Under the pieces are notes generated by a model. It did not search any database. It worked only from the letters and a program-made list of their open reading frames with translations, and had not been told where the DNA came from. DNA of 64,000 nucleotides from an uncultured Porphyromonadaceae bacterium (lineage in GTDB: Bacteria > Bacteroidota > Bacteroidia > Bacteroidales > Muribaculaceae), in contig CANEHE010000005.1 of the NCBI GenBank assembly GCA_947427285.1, positions 26,156 through 90,155 of the forward strand. Reading direction: 5' to 3'. The position numbers were made by a program, and so were the translations under genes. Numbering within the stretch: the first letter of the stretch is position 1; each line of letters starts with the position of its first letter. Positions 39,991 through 49,014 of the stretch are shown piece by piece.

Positions 39991-40028
39991 TTTTATTAAA
40001 GATTTTTATAAAAGATCCTGAAATGGAT

Positions 40029-40997
40029 TCATCCCATCAGCTCCCTGAAGATATTTTTTAACGAATTCCTTTTATGCACACGGGCAGACTCTTCTATTAG
40101 ACTTTGTAGATCAGTGTCAATCCCTACATGATGCCAGAATCTATCGACCAAAACCGGCGTAAGATAATGAAGTGCCGCCGGACGCGTCCAACCCAACCGA
40201 AAAATCAGATTGCCTATATAGTCTGACAAATACGACTGCAGCTCGCTTCTTAATCCATCAACCTGATCAGGTGCCATAATCATTTTCAGTTCATATACCT
40301 TCTTCAGATCCTCAAGTCTTCTATAACTGCATGGAGCGTATGGCTGAGTCCAACTGAAATTGCACAAAGGCTGATCAGTGAAGGCAATCGACCGGGCATG
40401 CCTGAAATAATGAAAGTTCAGGATCTCACCTGTGCCCCATTCTCCATCGAAACGCAATCGCAAAGTCTCGGCCAGAAGATCACGACGCCATAATTTATCG
40501 GTGACAGAAGGGGTAATGATTCGATCCGAACCGCTCATGGCTACCATTGACAGAAATTCCGAACCATTTATCAGTTCATTAAGAGTGACATCAGACGGCA
40601 CCGCCTCCTTCACAGCAATGTGCTTGATCCGTTTCATCTTTCTGGCCTGAACGGCATCCGCCTCCAGACTATCTGCCAATCTCTCAATGGGCTCTACGGA
40701 TCCATCTTCAATCCATTCCTCGATATCTGAGAACACGACATATTTCCCTACAGCATGCTCTACACCGCACCGAAGAAGATTCCATAACACCCGACGTCCG
40801 GTATATCGGACAGCCTTGACGACGTCAGCCCAATCTTCGCGATATTCCACCAGACGCGAACTTGCCCCTGAAATACCCCCGTCCACAAGTATCACCTCGT
40901 CTTCCGGCCCTACAGCCTGCAATGCGGCCTGCAGACATCTTCCGACGCCTGACTCCTCTTCAAGAACCGGAATCACGACACTGACCATACTCGCCAA
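40029..40997 (-). CDS. Glycosyltransferase family 2-like protein (divergent)
   Basis: VSVVIPV, EVILVDGG, GKYVVFSD, DKLWRR pattern; DxD altered. Confidence 0.75.
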   Translation of the reverse strand: MASMVSVVIPVLEEESGVGRCLQAALQAVGPEDEVILVDGGISGASSRLVEYREDWADVVKAVRYTGRRVLWNLLRCGVEHAVGKYVVFSDIEEWIEDGSVEPIERLADSLEADAVQARKMKRIKHIAVKEAVPSDVTLNELINGSEFLSMVAMSGSDRIITPSVTDKLWRRDLLAETLRLRFDGEWGTGEILNFHYFRHARSIAFTDQPLCNFSWTQPYAPCSYRRLEDLKKVYELKMIMAPDQVDGLRSELQSYLSDYIGNLIFRLGWTRPAALHYLTPVLVDRFWHHVGIDTDLQSLIEESARVHKRNSLKNIFRELMG

Positions 40998-41003
40998 CTC
41001 ATG

Positions 41004-41873
41004 TCATTCTTTAAGACGCAGAATCCTGTAACCTAGCGTCTCCTTAGCCCGAAGTTTCATTAATTCCGAAAGAGGCTCACGTTCAAGCTGCACGACACCG
41101 TATTTGCGCGATGCGTGCAGAATAAACGGTCGGCCGTCGATGATCCGCACAAAACCGACATCAAGATAATCGAAATCCTGCGAACGGTCTACAATGAATA
41201 TGATATCATTGTCGTTCAAAAGCTCGATTACATTCTTCTTGCCAATCGACTCCTTTTTCATATAGGGAATCTTATGTGCCCGATAACCCATCTCAAGCAT
41301 CTGCATCCTATCCAATGTGACCGAATCGGTCAATGCCGGATAATCCTCACTGTGACGGGTTATGTAGTCCAGTGTACGTGATGTGGACACATTTCCCGGA
41401 AAATCAAATGTCACCTCTCTGAGTCCGTTGCGGTAACAATTGTCAGCTATCCAGTCACTGGCATAGCGCAGACGCGACGGGAAGCCGGTATTCTCACCAC
41501 GACGATATCGTATCCCCTGTAATTCCCCGATAAAATCACGTTGACGCGCCCCAGGCTGCAAAGATGCTTTTGCAGCAGCCACAGCATACTCCACGAACTC
41601 CAGTTCATCCATGACATCAAGACATACCGTCATGGCTCCCTGCGCAGAATCAAGATGGGATGTCCGGTCATAACTCGCCCCTGTCAGAAAATCCGCTGCC
41701 GCTCCGACCCTTGAGGCTGTCGCACCTCCATTGTCACGGGCTGCCAAAATCAAAGAATCAATCTTTTCGCTACAACCCGATCCACGCAAAATCACATCCT
41801 GTCCATTGACAGTGAAAAAACTTATAAATACCGCAAAGGAGAGAATAATCGTCCGTATAATGCTGACATTCAT
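41004..41873 (-). CDS. DUF1460 / AmiA-like (NlpC/P60-fold) protein, divergent
   Basis: Signal peptide, IRYRRG, RLRYASDWIADN, ILHAS motifs; catalytic Cys position appears substituted (DELEFVE). Confidence 0.75.
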   Translation of the reverse strand: MNVSIIRTIILSFAVFISFFTVNGQDVILRGSGCSEKIDSLILAARDNGGATASRVGAAADFLTGASYDRTSHLDSAQGAMTVCLDVMDELEFVEYAVAAAKASLQPGARQRDFIGELQGIRYRRGENTGFPSRLRYASDWIADNCYRNGLREVTFDFPGNVSTSRTLDYITRHSEDYPALTDSVTLDRMQMLEMGYRAHKIPYMKKESIGKKNVIELLNDNDIIFIVDRSQDFDYLDVGFVRIIDGRPFILHASRKYGVVQLEREPLSELMKLRAKETLGYRILRLKE

Positions 41874-41992
41874 AATAACTGAATTTCATTATGGTTGGAT
41901 TATCCTATCAACGCCAACCATCATGCAAATATAATGCAAATTTTTTATCCCACCAAAACATTCCTTCATTGACTGTCAGCAGTGGCATAACG

Positions 41993-42032
41993 AAAAACAG
42001 AAGCCACTGTCGGACAATCGGCAGCGGCTTCT
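41993..42032 (-). terminator. Intrinsic terminator after OPT gene
   Basis: agaagccgctgccga-ttgt-ccgacagtggcttct stem-loop followed by GTTTTT. Confidence 0.8.
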
Positions 42033-42060
42033 ACTATTTTATTCTATAGATTTCATTCTA

Positions 42061-44061
42061 TCATCTGGAAGGCATCTTCACCCGACGTGAATCCCATATC
42101 AGATACACGATAAGCAATGCGTATGCCACGCATCCGAGAATCTGAGATGTCTCAAACGGCACAGGATTCTCATAGTTGAATCCTGCAAAACGTGTTATGG
42201 CCGCAAACACCCCGAAGAGTGCGCCTCCCGCGATAAGACCGGAAGAAATGAGTGTTCCGCGGTCGCGACGAAGATCATTTATCTTCTGATCTTTGGAAGA
42301 GTTGGCGACAAAATATGCCACCGCACCTCCTACAAGAAGCGGAGTGTTGAGATGCAGTGGGATGAACATGCCGAGGCAGAACGCAAGCGCAGGAACTCCG
42401 AGCCAGTTGAGGATCAAGGCGAGCACCGCACCTACCATATAAAGAATCCACGGTGTATCGCCACCCATCATGAGGGGTTCGATAACCTTGGCCATCGCAT
42501 TGGCCTGAGGAGCCACAAGGGCATCCGGTCCTGTGAAGCCATACACCTTGTTCAGCACAAGAATCACTCCGCCGACGGTAGCCGCAGAAACAAGCGTTCC
42601 AAGAAATTTCCACTGTTCCTGTTTCTTAGGCGTGGAGCCAAGCCAATAACCTATTTTCAGGTCTGTCACGAAGCCTCCAGCCATTGAGAGTGCCGTGCAG
42701 ACCACTCCGCCTATCACCATCGATGCCACAATGCCGGAAGTGCCGCTCAGACCGATGCCCACAAAAATCGCAGAGGCAATGATAAGTGTCATGAGAGTCA
42801 TTCCGGAAACCGGATTAGAACCAACGATTGCAATCGCATTGGCAGCAACTGTAGTGAATAGGAAAGCAATCACTGTAACCACAAGCCACGCCACAGCAGC
42901 CTGCCAGAGCGTATGAATCACCCCGAACCAGAAGAAAAGGAATACCGCTGCAAGCGCAATCACTACAAAGAACACAATGTGCTTCATAGATATGTCAAGC
43001 TGCCAACGTATCTCCTTCGCCCCGGAAGCCTTGCCACGAAGTTCACGACCTGCAAGACCTATCGCCTGGGCAATAATACCCCACGACTTCACAATTCCTA
43101 TCACACCGGCCATGGCGATACCGCCGATGCCGATCATACGGGCATAGTTAGCGAAAATAGCCTGCGGTTCAAGAGAAGCGATCTCCGGAGCTCCGTAAGT
43201 TCCCATCAAAGGTATGATTATCCACCACACGAAGATTGAACCGGCAAAGATGACGAAAGCATATTTGAGACCGATTATGTACCCCAGACCGAGAAGAGCA
43301 GCCCCTGTGTTACAGCTCAATACAAGTTTTGCCTTTTCAGCCACAGCTGTTCCCCAGGAAGATGCAGTGGAGGTAATGGTCTCGGCCCACCAGCCGAAAG
43401 TTGCCACAATATAATCGTAAGCACCGCCGATGAGCGAAGCAAGCACAAGAGTCTTGGCCTGTCCTCCGTCTTGAGCGGCTGCCCCCTGACCGGAAATCAA
43501 CACCTGAGTGGTGGCTGTCGCCTCCGGGAAAGGGTATTTGCCATGCATGTCCTTCACAAAATACTTGCGGAAAGGTATGAAGAAAAGAATACCGAGTATT
43601 CCCCCCAGAAGCGAGCTGAGGAAAATCTGGTAGAATTCAACCATAATCTCAGGATATGTACCCTGAAGAATGTAAAGTGCCGGTAAAGTAAAGATCGCCC
43701 CGGCCACGATAACGCCCGAACAAGCACCGATAGATTGTATTATCACATTCTGTCCCAAAGCGTTCTTCTTGCCCAAGGCGTTGGAAAGACCGACGGCTAT
43801 TATCGCAATGGGTATCGCAGCCTCAAACACCTGGCCTACCTTCAATCCCAGATAAGCCGCCGCGGCACTGAAAACAATTGCCATAATCAGACCTGTAATC
43901 ACCGAATACGGAGTAACCTCTTTCTGGTCATGCGCCGGCTCCATGACGGGTTTATACTCCTCGTCGGCCGCCAATTCGCGGAAAGCGTTTTCCGGCAACC
44001 CTGTCCCCGTGGTCAGACTGTCATCCTCCACATTAAGGAAATTCTCGTCTTGCTGTTTCAT
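42061..44061 (-). CDS. OPT family oligopeptide transporter
   Basis: AYLGLKVGQVFEAAIP, YPFPEATAT, SNPVSGMTL, DLKIGYWLG, APQANAM. Confidence 0.92.
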   Translation of the reverse strand: MKQQDENFLNVEDDSLTTGTGLPENAFRELAADEEYKPVMEPAHDQKEVTPYSVITGLIMAIVFSAAAAYLGLKVGQVFEAAIPIAIIAVGLSNALGKKNALGQNVIIQSIGACSGVIVAGAIFTLPALYILQGTYPEIMVEFYQIFLSSLLGGILGILFFIPFRKYFVKDMHGKYPFPEATATTQVLISGQGAAAQDGGQAKTLVLASLIGGAYDYIVATFGWWAETITSTASSWGTAVAEKAKLVLSCNTGAALLGLGYIIGLKYAFVIFAGSIFVWWIIIPLMGTYGAPEIASLEPQAIFANYARMIGIGGIAMAGVIGIVKSWGIIAQAIGLAGRELRGKASGAKEIRWQLDISMKHIVFFVVIALAAVFLFFWFGVIHTLWQAAVAWLVVTVIAFLFTTVAANAIAIVGSNPVSGMTLMTLIIASAIFVGIGLSGTSGIVASMVIGGVVCTALSMAGGFVTDLKIGYWLGSTPKKQEQWKFLGTLVSAATVGGVILVLNKVYGFTGPDALVAPQANAMAKVIEPLMMGGDTPWILYMVGAVLALILNWLGVPALAFCLGMFIPLHLNTPLLVGGAVAYFVANSSKDQKINDLRRDRGTLISSGLIAGGALFGVFAAITRFAGFNYENPVPFETSQILGCVAYALLIVYLIWDSRRVKMPSR

Positions 44062-44276
44062 GTATGTCTGTATTTGTTAGTTTTTTCGGCATTGACATAA
44101 GTGTAGCCTGGCAGATATCAAGCTCCATACCCGCTCAGGATATCACGGTTCAAGTCGCGAATTTAGCAAAAATTATCGGTCTGACGAAATTCCAATCGCT
44201 TTTTATCAACTTACTGTGATATTTTCCTGTTTTACTTTCGTCTCGCCAATTCGTCTTACCAAACATTTATGATATA

Positions 44277-45554
44277 TCAATTTCGCAATCTTACTCTATA
44301 GATAGTATGCGGAGGATTGTTAAAGTCAATCAGATGATGCCGTGACCTTTTAAGGCCTGCGACCCATACAATATCTCTGGTAGGGAGATGCTCAAGAACG
44401 ACCACACGTTCTGCCTCCGACGGTGTCAGCCGGGCATCTCTGACAATGTCACTGACAAGACTGCTTCCTTTCATTCCCAACGGTGAAATCCGGTCTCCTC
44501 TCTTTCTGAACCGTAATCGAAACCTTTCAGGCTCCTCTGCGAGCCACAACGTCCGGTTCCCATCAGGTTTTCTGATCATTTCCAACGATTCCGCGGTTAA
44601 TGTCAGCGACAAGACTTCCAGATCAGGCATCCTTGATGTAACCTGCAACTTTTCAAATCCATCTCGGGAACGTACCACCCGTCCGCCGGGCAACTCCCAA
44701 CAGGCACCGACACGGGGATTCATCAATGAACGGTGCATCTCGGCCGCCTGCGAGGCCGTTCCTCCAAGCGGACGAATGAAATGATACAAAATACTTGCAG
44801 GAGAAGAACTCCCATTAAGGACTGCAACGTCGATCTTTTCACTCTCCACCAACGGATTCATAAAATCCTCAAGCAAGCGGAAGTCAGCCTGCAGAGCCGA
44901 GACACTCTTACCGATACTCTCTCTTACACCGGGCCACTTCTCCGCAAGAAGCGGCAGCACTTCGTTCCTGAGGAAATTACGACGGAAATCAGAATTCAGA
45001 TTCGAAGAATCCACAATGAACTCCTGATTGATTTCGCTGAGCCAACTCTCAATATCTTTACGGCTCACCTTAAGTAACGGACGTACTATCTCACCATTAT
45101 CCTCCACCATGCTCTTGAGTCCCCGAAGACCGGCTCCACGCATGAGTGCCAACAGAAATGTCTCGGCATTGTCATCGGAATTATGGGCCACTGCCACCCG
45201 CGCATACCCCTCTTTCCTGATCTTCTCCCGGAAATAATCGTAACGCAGACGCCTGCAGCCCTCTTCAAGCGACAATCCGGATGAACGACAATAGTCAGCG
45301 GCATCAAAATGGACCGTATCAAGTACTACGTCATGTAGCCTACACAATCTTTCCACGAACCTTCGGTCCCGTTCACTCTCCTCCCCCCGAAGATGGAAAT
45401 CACAGTGTACAGCTGTAAACGGTCGTCCGATAAGAAGGAGTGATCTGAAGAGAGCCACACTGTCTGCTCCGCCGCTCAATCCGAGCAGCAACGGCCTATC
45501 GGCCGGTAAGGCCGACAATACACTGGATACAGACTCTACGACGCAGGAACCCAT
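44277..45554 (-). CDS. tilS: tRNA(Ile)-lysidine synthetase
   Basis: LSGGADS PP-loop, RRLRY, VAHNSDDNAET, RPLL, RNFLRNEVLP, GDRI C-terminal domain. Confidence 0.94.
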   Translation of the reverse strand: MGSCVVESVSSVLSALPADRPLLLGLSGGADSVALFRSLLLIGRPFTAVHCDFHLRGEESERDRRFVERLCRLHDVVLDTVHFDAADYCRSSGLSLEEGCRRLRYDYFREKIRKEGYARVAVAHNSDDNAETFLLALMRGAGLRGLKSMVEDNGEIVRPLLKVSRKDIESWLSEINQEFIVDSSNLNSDFRRNFLRNEVLPLLAEKWPGVRESIGKSVSALQADFRLLEDFMNPLVESEKIDVAVLNGSSSPASILYHFIRPLGGTASQAAEMHRSLMNPRVGACWELPGGRVVRSRDGFEKLQVTSRMPDLEVLSLTLTAESLEMIRKPDGNRTLWLAEEPERFRLRFRKRGDRISPLGMKGSSLVSDIVRDARLTPSEAERVVVLEHLPTRDIVWVAGLKRSRHHLIDFNNPPHTIYRVRLRN

Positions 45555-45578
45555 AAGTGATAATCAAACCACTGACAT

Positions 45579-46274
45579 TCAGCGCACATAGACCGGTATC
45601 ACACAAGTGATGCGCGCTACATCGCGGATATCGGCACGATCGATCGTAAATTCAGGATATTCTCCGGCATTATAACTCACACACCGAATCACATTGCCGT
45701 CTTTGTCGGGAAATACACGCTTGAGCATGATCCCATCCGGAGTGGCGAGGGCGTATGTCTCTCCCCATCGCATTATATTGCCGTTGATTTTTGCCAGTCC
45801 CACCAGCGATCCCGGAGGGATAGACAATTCGGGATGATCCACATTGATCATACTGTGACCTGTAGCGCGAATGAAGAAATCCGTATCACGCGGCACGCCC
45901 GGCACCATCAGGCGCGGGAGATTGCTGAACGCACTGGAATCGAAGAATCCTGTCAGATGTCCGCATTCAGCTGTAATATCCTCCACGAAAGGAAACGACG
46001 GACCATCAGTCCGATGGTCATCCGACACCAGCATCGGCCCCTCCCCTTTCATAAGCCACCTGCGGTTAAGCTCCGGATAGCGAGACAGTATCGCTTCGCA
46101 TGTCCGCCCTGTGATATCTTTTCCGGGCTTTCTCGATTTTCCCAGAGTACCCACAGATATTCCGGTGTCTCTGGTAATCTTGTTGTCATTATAACCTTTG
46201 TATGCCGCATACTGGTCAAGACGGTCCACCTTGCGGACAATCGCCGGTTCTTCTATTGTCCCGCTCATTGTCAT
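45579..46274 (-). CDS. CI/LexA-like repressor (HTH + S24 peptidase)
   Basis: N-terminal HTH with YPELNRRWLMKGEG, candidate cleavage site AEC-G, catalytic GHSM and MLKR. Confidence 0.85.
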   Translation of the reverse strand: MTMSGTIEEPAIVRKVDRLDQYAAYKGYNDNKITRDTGISVGTLGKSRKPGKDITGRTCEAILSRYPELNRRWLMKGEGPMLVSDDHRTDGPSFPFVEDITAECGHLTGFFDSSAFSNLPRLMVPGVPRDTDFFIRATGHSMINVDHPELSIPPGSLVGLAKINGNIMRWGETYALATPDGIMLKRVFPDKDGNVIRCVSYNAGEYPEFTIDRADIRDVARITCVIPVYVR

Positions 46275-46620
46275 ATTATTTGATATTCTTTGTCAAAGAT
46301 ATACGTTTCCTGCAAAAGCCAAATACTCCGGTCGCAGTTACCACCGAATATATTGGAATAGAAAAACGTCCACAAATTTACATAAAATCCAATTAAATTC
46401 CAAAATTCCGAATTGACAAATATTGAATCATAATGTATCATATTAAAAATTCTAAAACAGAATCAGAAAATAGTCTATATCCTTTTGCTTGAAAAAATTT
46501 ATTTACTAATTTTGTTCTTATAATTCAAAGAGACCGTGAATATATGGAATAATTTCCGATATGAATCACAACGTTCTTCTTCAATAGAAATTTCTAATTA
46601 ACTCATAAATAACTACAATC

Positions 46621-47172
46621 ATGGCAAAAGAATGGATTTGCACCGTCTGTGGCTATGTTGCCGAAGGCGAAAATCCCCCAGCAAAATGCCCCCAGTGCGG
46701 AGCTCCCGCATCAAAATTTGAAGAACTCGATAAATCCGCACTTCTCCAATTCGTCACCGAACACAAAATCGGCGATGCAAAAGGTGCTGACGAGGAAATG
46801 ATCAAAGATCTCAACACTCATTTCCAAGGCGAATGCACCGAAGTCGGTATGTATCTCGCCATGTCGCGTCAGGCCGACCGCGAAGGTTATCCCGAAATAG
46901 CAGAGGCTTTCAAGCGTTATGCCTGGGAAGAGGCAGAGCATGCAGCAAAGTTTGCCGAGCTTCTTGGCGATGTGGTCTGGGACACAAAGACCAACCTTGA
47001 AAAGCGAATGCATGCCGAAGCCGGTGCCAACGCCGACAAGATGCGCATCGCACGCAACGCAAAGGCCGCCAACCTTGACGCAATCCACGACACTGTGCAC
47101 GAGATGGCCAAAGACGAGGCACGCCACGGCAAAGGCTTCGAAGGCCTTTTTAACCGTTATTTCAAAAAGTAA
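46621..47172 (+). CDS. Reverse rubrerythrin (N-terminal rubredoxin + diiron domain)
   Basis: WICTVCGY...CPQCG then [20 protein letters not shown]. Confidence 0.93.
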   Translation: MAKEWICTVCGYVAEGENPPAKCPQCGAPASKFEELDKSALLQFVTEHKIGDAKGADEEMIKDLNTHFQGECTEVGMYLAMSRQADREGYPEIAEAFKRYAWEEAEHAAKFAELLGDVVWDTKTNLEKRMHAEAGANADKMRIARNAKAANLDAIHDTVHEMAKDEARHGKGFEGLFNRYFKK

Positions 47173-47356
47173 GAGGCTGTCTAAAAATGACTGTTAATTT
47201 GAGCTGCTGAACCAAAATATTGTTAAACCGTCCGGCTCTCTTACGCTAAAATCCATCGGCGGCGCAGTCACATAGCCCGCTATGCTCCTTTGCCTTGAAC
47301 GAATTTTATCTGTAAGACAGCCGCCTCAAATTTAACATTGATTTTTAAACAGCCTC
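47173..47356. mobile_element. 184-bp MITE inserted at the rubrerythrin stop codon
   Basis: ~32-bp TIRs GAGGCTGT.TAAAAAT...ATTTTTAAACAGCCTC, TAA duplicated at 47170-72 and 47357-59, core cacatagcccgctatgctcctt. Confidence 0.88.
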
Positions 47357-47382
47357 TAAAAAGATCTATCGGACAAATAAAT

Positions 47383-47417
47383 CAGGGAGGCAAGGCTTTT
47401 TGCCTCCCTGTTCTATT
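47383..47417 (+). terminator. Intrinsic terminator of rubrerythrin gene
   Basis: cagggaggca N8 tgcctccctg + ttctatt. Confidence 0.75.
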
Positions 47418-47431
47418 GATATTTACATCTT

Positions 47432-47857
47432 ATGGGGCGAATAATTGCAATTGATTACGGCAGAAAACGATGTGGAGTGGCAGTCACTGACATTCTGCGC
47501 ATCGCAGCCAACGGACTGCCGACACAACGCACATGCGACCTGATAGGATTTCTCCATCATTATACCGCCACAGAAGACGTAGACTTATTTGTAGTAGGCT
47601 TACCTCGCACACTGAAAGGAGAACCATCGGAATCAATGCGATACATCACACCCTTTCTGCGAGTACTTAAAAAAGAATTTCCGGGGATTCCGGTGGAGAT
47701 GTTCGACGAACGATTCACTTCGGCCATAGCCCACCGCGAAATGATTGCTGGAGGAGTAAAAAAGACAGATCGCCAACGCAAGGATCTCGCCGACCGCACG
47801 GCCGCTGTCATTATTCTCACTGATTTCTTGAATTCCCGACGCAACACCATCTCCTGA
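47432..47857 (+). CDS. ruvX: Holliday-junction-resolvase-like YqgF / pre-16S rRNA maturation nuclease
   Basis: IAIDYGRKRCGVAVTD, VGLP, DERFTS, D..AA.IIL. Confidence 0.93.
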   Translation: MGRIIAIDYGRKRCGVAVTDILRIAANGLPTQRTCDLIGFLHHYTATEDVDLFVVGLPRTLKGEPSESMRYITPFLRVLKKEFPGIPVEMFDERFTSAIAHREMIAGGVKKTDRQRKDLADRTAAVIILTDFLNSRRNTIS

Positions 47858-47932
47858 TCCTATCCCAGAAACATATCTCCTTTTTTGGCCAGACAAAATA
47901 ATTTGTCTAACTTTGCCGTGGAATAGAAATGA

Positions 47933-48179
47933 CCGGGCGCGTGAGCCATCAAGACGTAAAGACGGACAAACGCTCACAGGGAACGGGGTGGGAATCCCCG
48001 ACAGACGCGCTGCTGTATTTTTCCGTTCCGACAAGATTTCTCAACGAAATCATGATCGGTAGAATCTATGTCTACCATAAGCCACTGGCAATGGTGTGCC
48101 TTAACGAAATCGTATGCACACCTTTACTGTCGGGAAGGCCGGACATAGAAAGGAAATAAGTCAGAAGACCTGCACCCGG
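47933..48179 (+). promoter_or_regulatory. Cobalamin (AdoCbl) riboswitch
   Basis: AGGGAA-cggggtggGAATCCCCG-ACAG..CGC.GCTGT, GCCACTG, GGGAAGG, AAGTCAGAAGACCTGC; P1 ccgggcgc/gcacccgg; TAACTTTG box at 47908-15. Confidence 0.92.
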
Positions 48180-48554
48180 ATAATATCTTTCAGACGAAGC
48201 TTCGCGAAATAAGCTTGAAAGGAGTAAATCAAAAAGCACCGCAGATATTCCAATCTGTATGTGAATGCCATAAAATTGACATCCGATCCGGTGCTTATTC
48301 CCCCTTCCATATTTATTTTGTCAGATGCTTCATAAAACCGGATCAATACATACCGATTTATGAAACATAATTTTTTACACATATATGAACGGCAGATCTT
48401 CTGCCATTAGATTCTTTCAATCATAGCCGAAACCTTAGACAGGAGCACATCATCCGACAAACATCACAGATGATGACATGAATCCGAATGAGAAACACAT
48501 TTTCTAAAAGAAAACACATCACAGTAAATAGAATATAGATTGATTTTGATTGAG

Positions 48555-48584
48555 ACGCCCTGTCGCCGGGAGGCCACAGGGCGT
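48555..48584. terminator. GC-rich hairpin upstream of smr promoter
   Basis: acgccctgt N12 acagggcgt. Confidence 0.45.
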
Positions 48585-48686
48585 TGCCATAATCTGTTTT
48601 TCGAATACCGAATAAAATTCTTAACTTTGCATCGCCTTAGAAGGAGTCGCCGAGAATTCTTGCAGCCCTCAAACAGGCTCTCAGTT

Positions 48687-49013
48687 ATGAATTGGATAAT
48701 TTTAATTGTCGCCGGCTTATGTGAGGTCGGTTTCACCTATTGTCTCGGACGGGCAAAATCCGTTGATGGCCCCTCTTGGTGGGGATGGATGTCCGGATTC
48801 CTAATCTTCACAGTTATCAGTATGGGATTGCTGGCAAAAGCCTCTCAAAATCTGCCTATCGGCACCGCATACGCCGTCTGGACAGGTATCGGAGCCGTCG
48901 GAACAGTCTTGGCAGGTATATTCTTCTTTCACGAACCCGCCACATTCTGGAGATTGTTTTTCATCTTCACTCCCATTTCTTCAATCATCGGACTTAAAAT
49001 AGTTTCAATATGA
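48687..49013 (+). CDS. sugE: SMR family exporter, Gdx/SugE (guanidinium) subtype
   Basis: WIILIVAGLCEV, LPIGTAYAVWTGIGAVG, IIGLK; promoter TAACTTTG at 48622-29. Confidence 0.88.
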   Translation: MNWIILIVAGLCEVGFTYCLGRAKSVDGPSWWGWMSGFLIFTVISMGLLAKASQNLPIGTAYAVWTGIGAVGTVLAGIFFFHEPATFWRLFFIFTPISSIIGLKIVSI

Positions 49014-49014
49014 T

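Noticed and set aside
44098-44160. tRNA-like fragments (GTGTAGCCTGG, GGTTCAAGT) on the plus strand
   Set aside because: T-stem and acceptor stem do not pair; no cloverleaf.
48671-48683. AAACAGGCTC+TCA just before the smr start, resembling an IS right end that could supply a promoter
   Set aside because: Only a 10-mer with no matching left end upstream; equally explained as leader structure. Not supportable.
48540-48686. 49-aa N-terminal extension of the SMR ORF
   Set aside because: Overlaps the hairpin and promoter; SMR proteins start at MNWI (48687).
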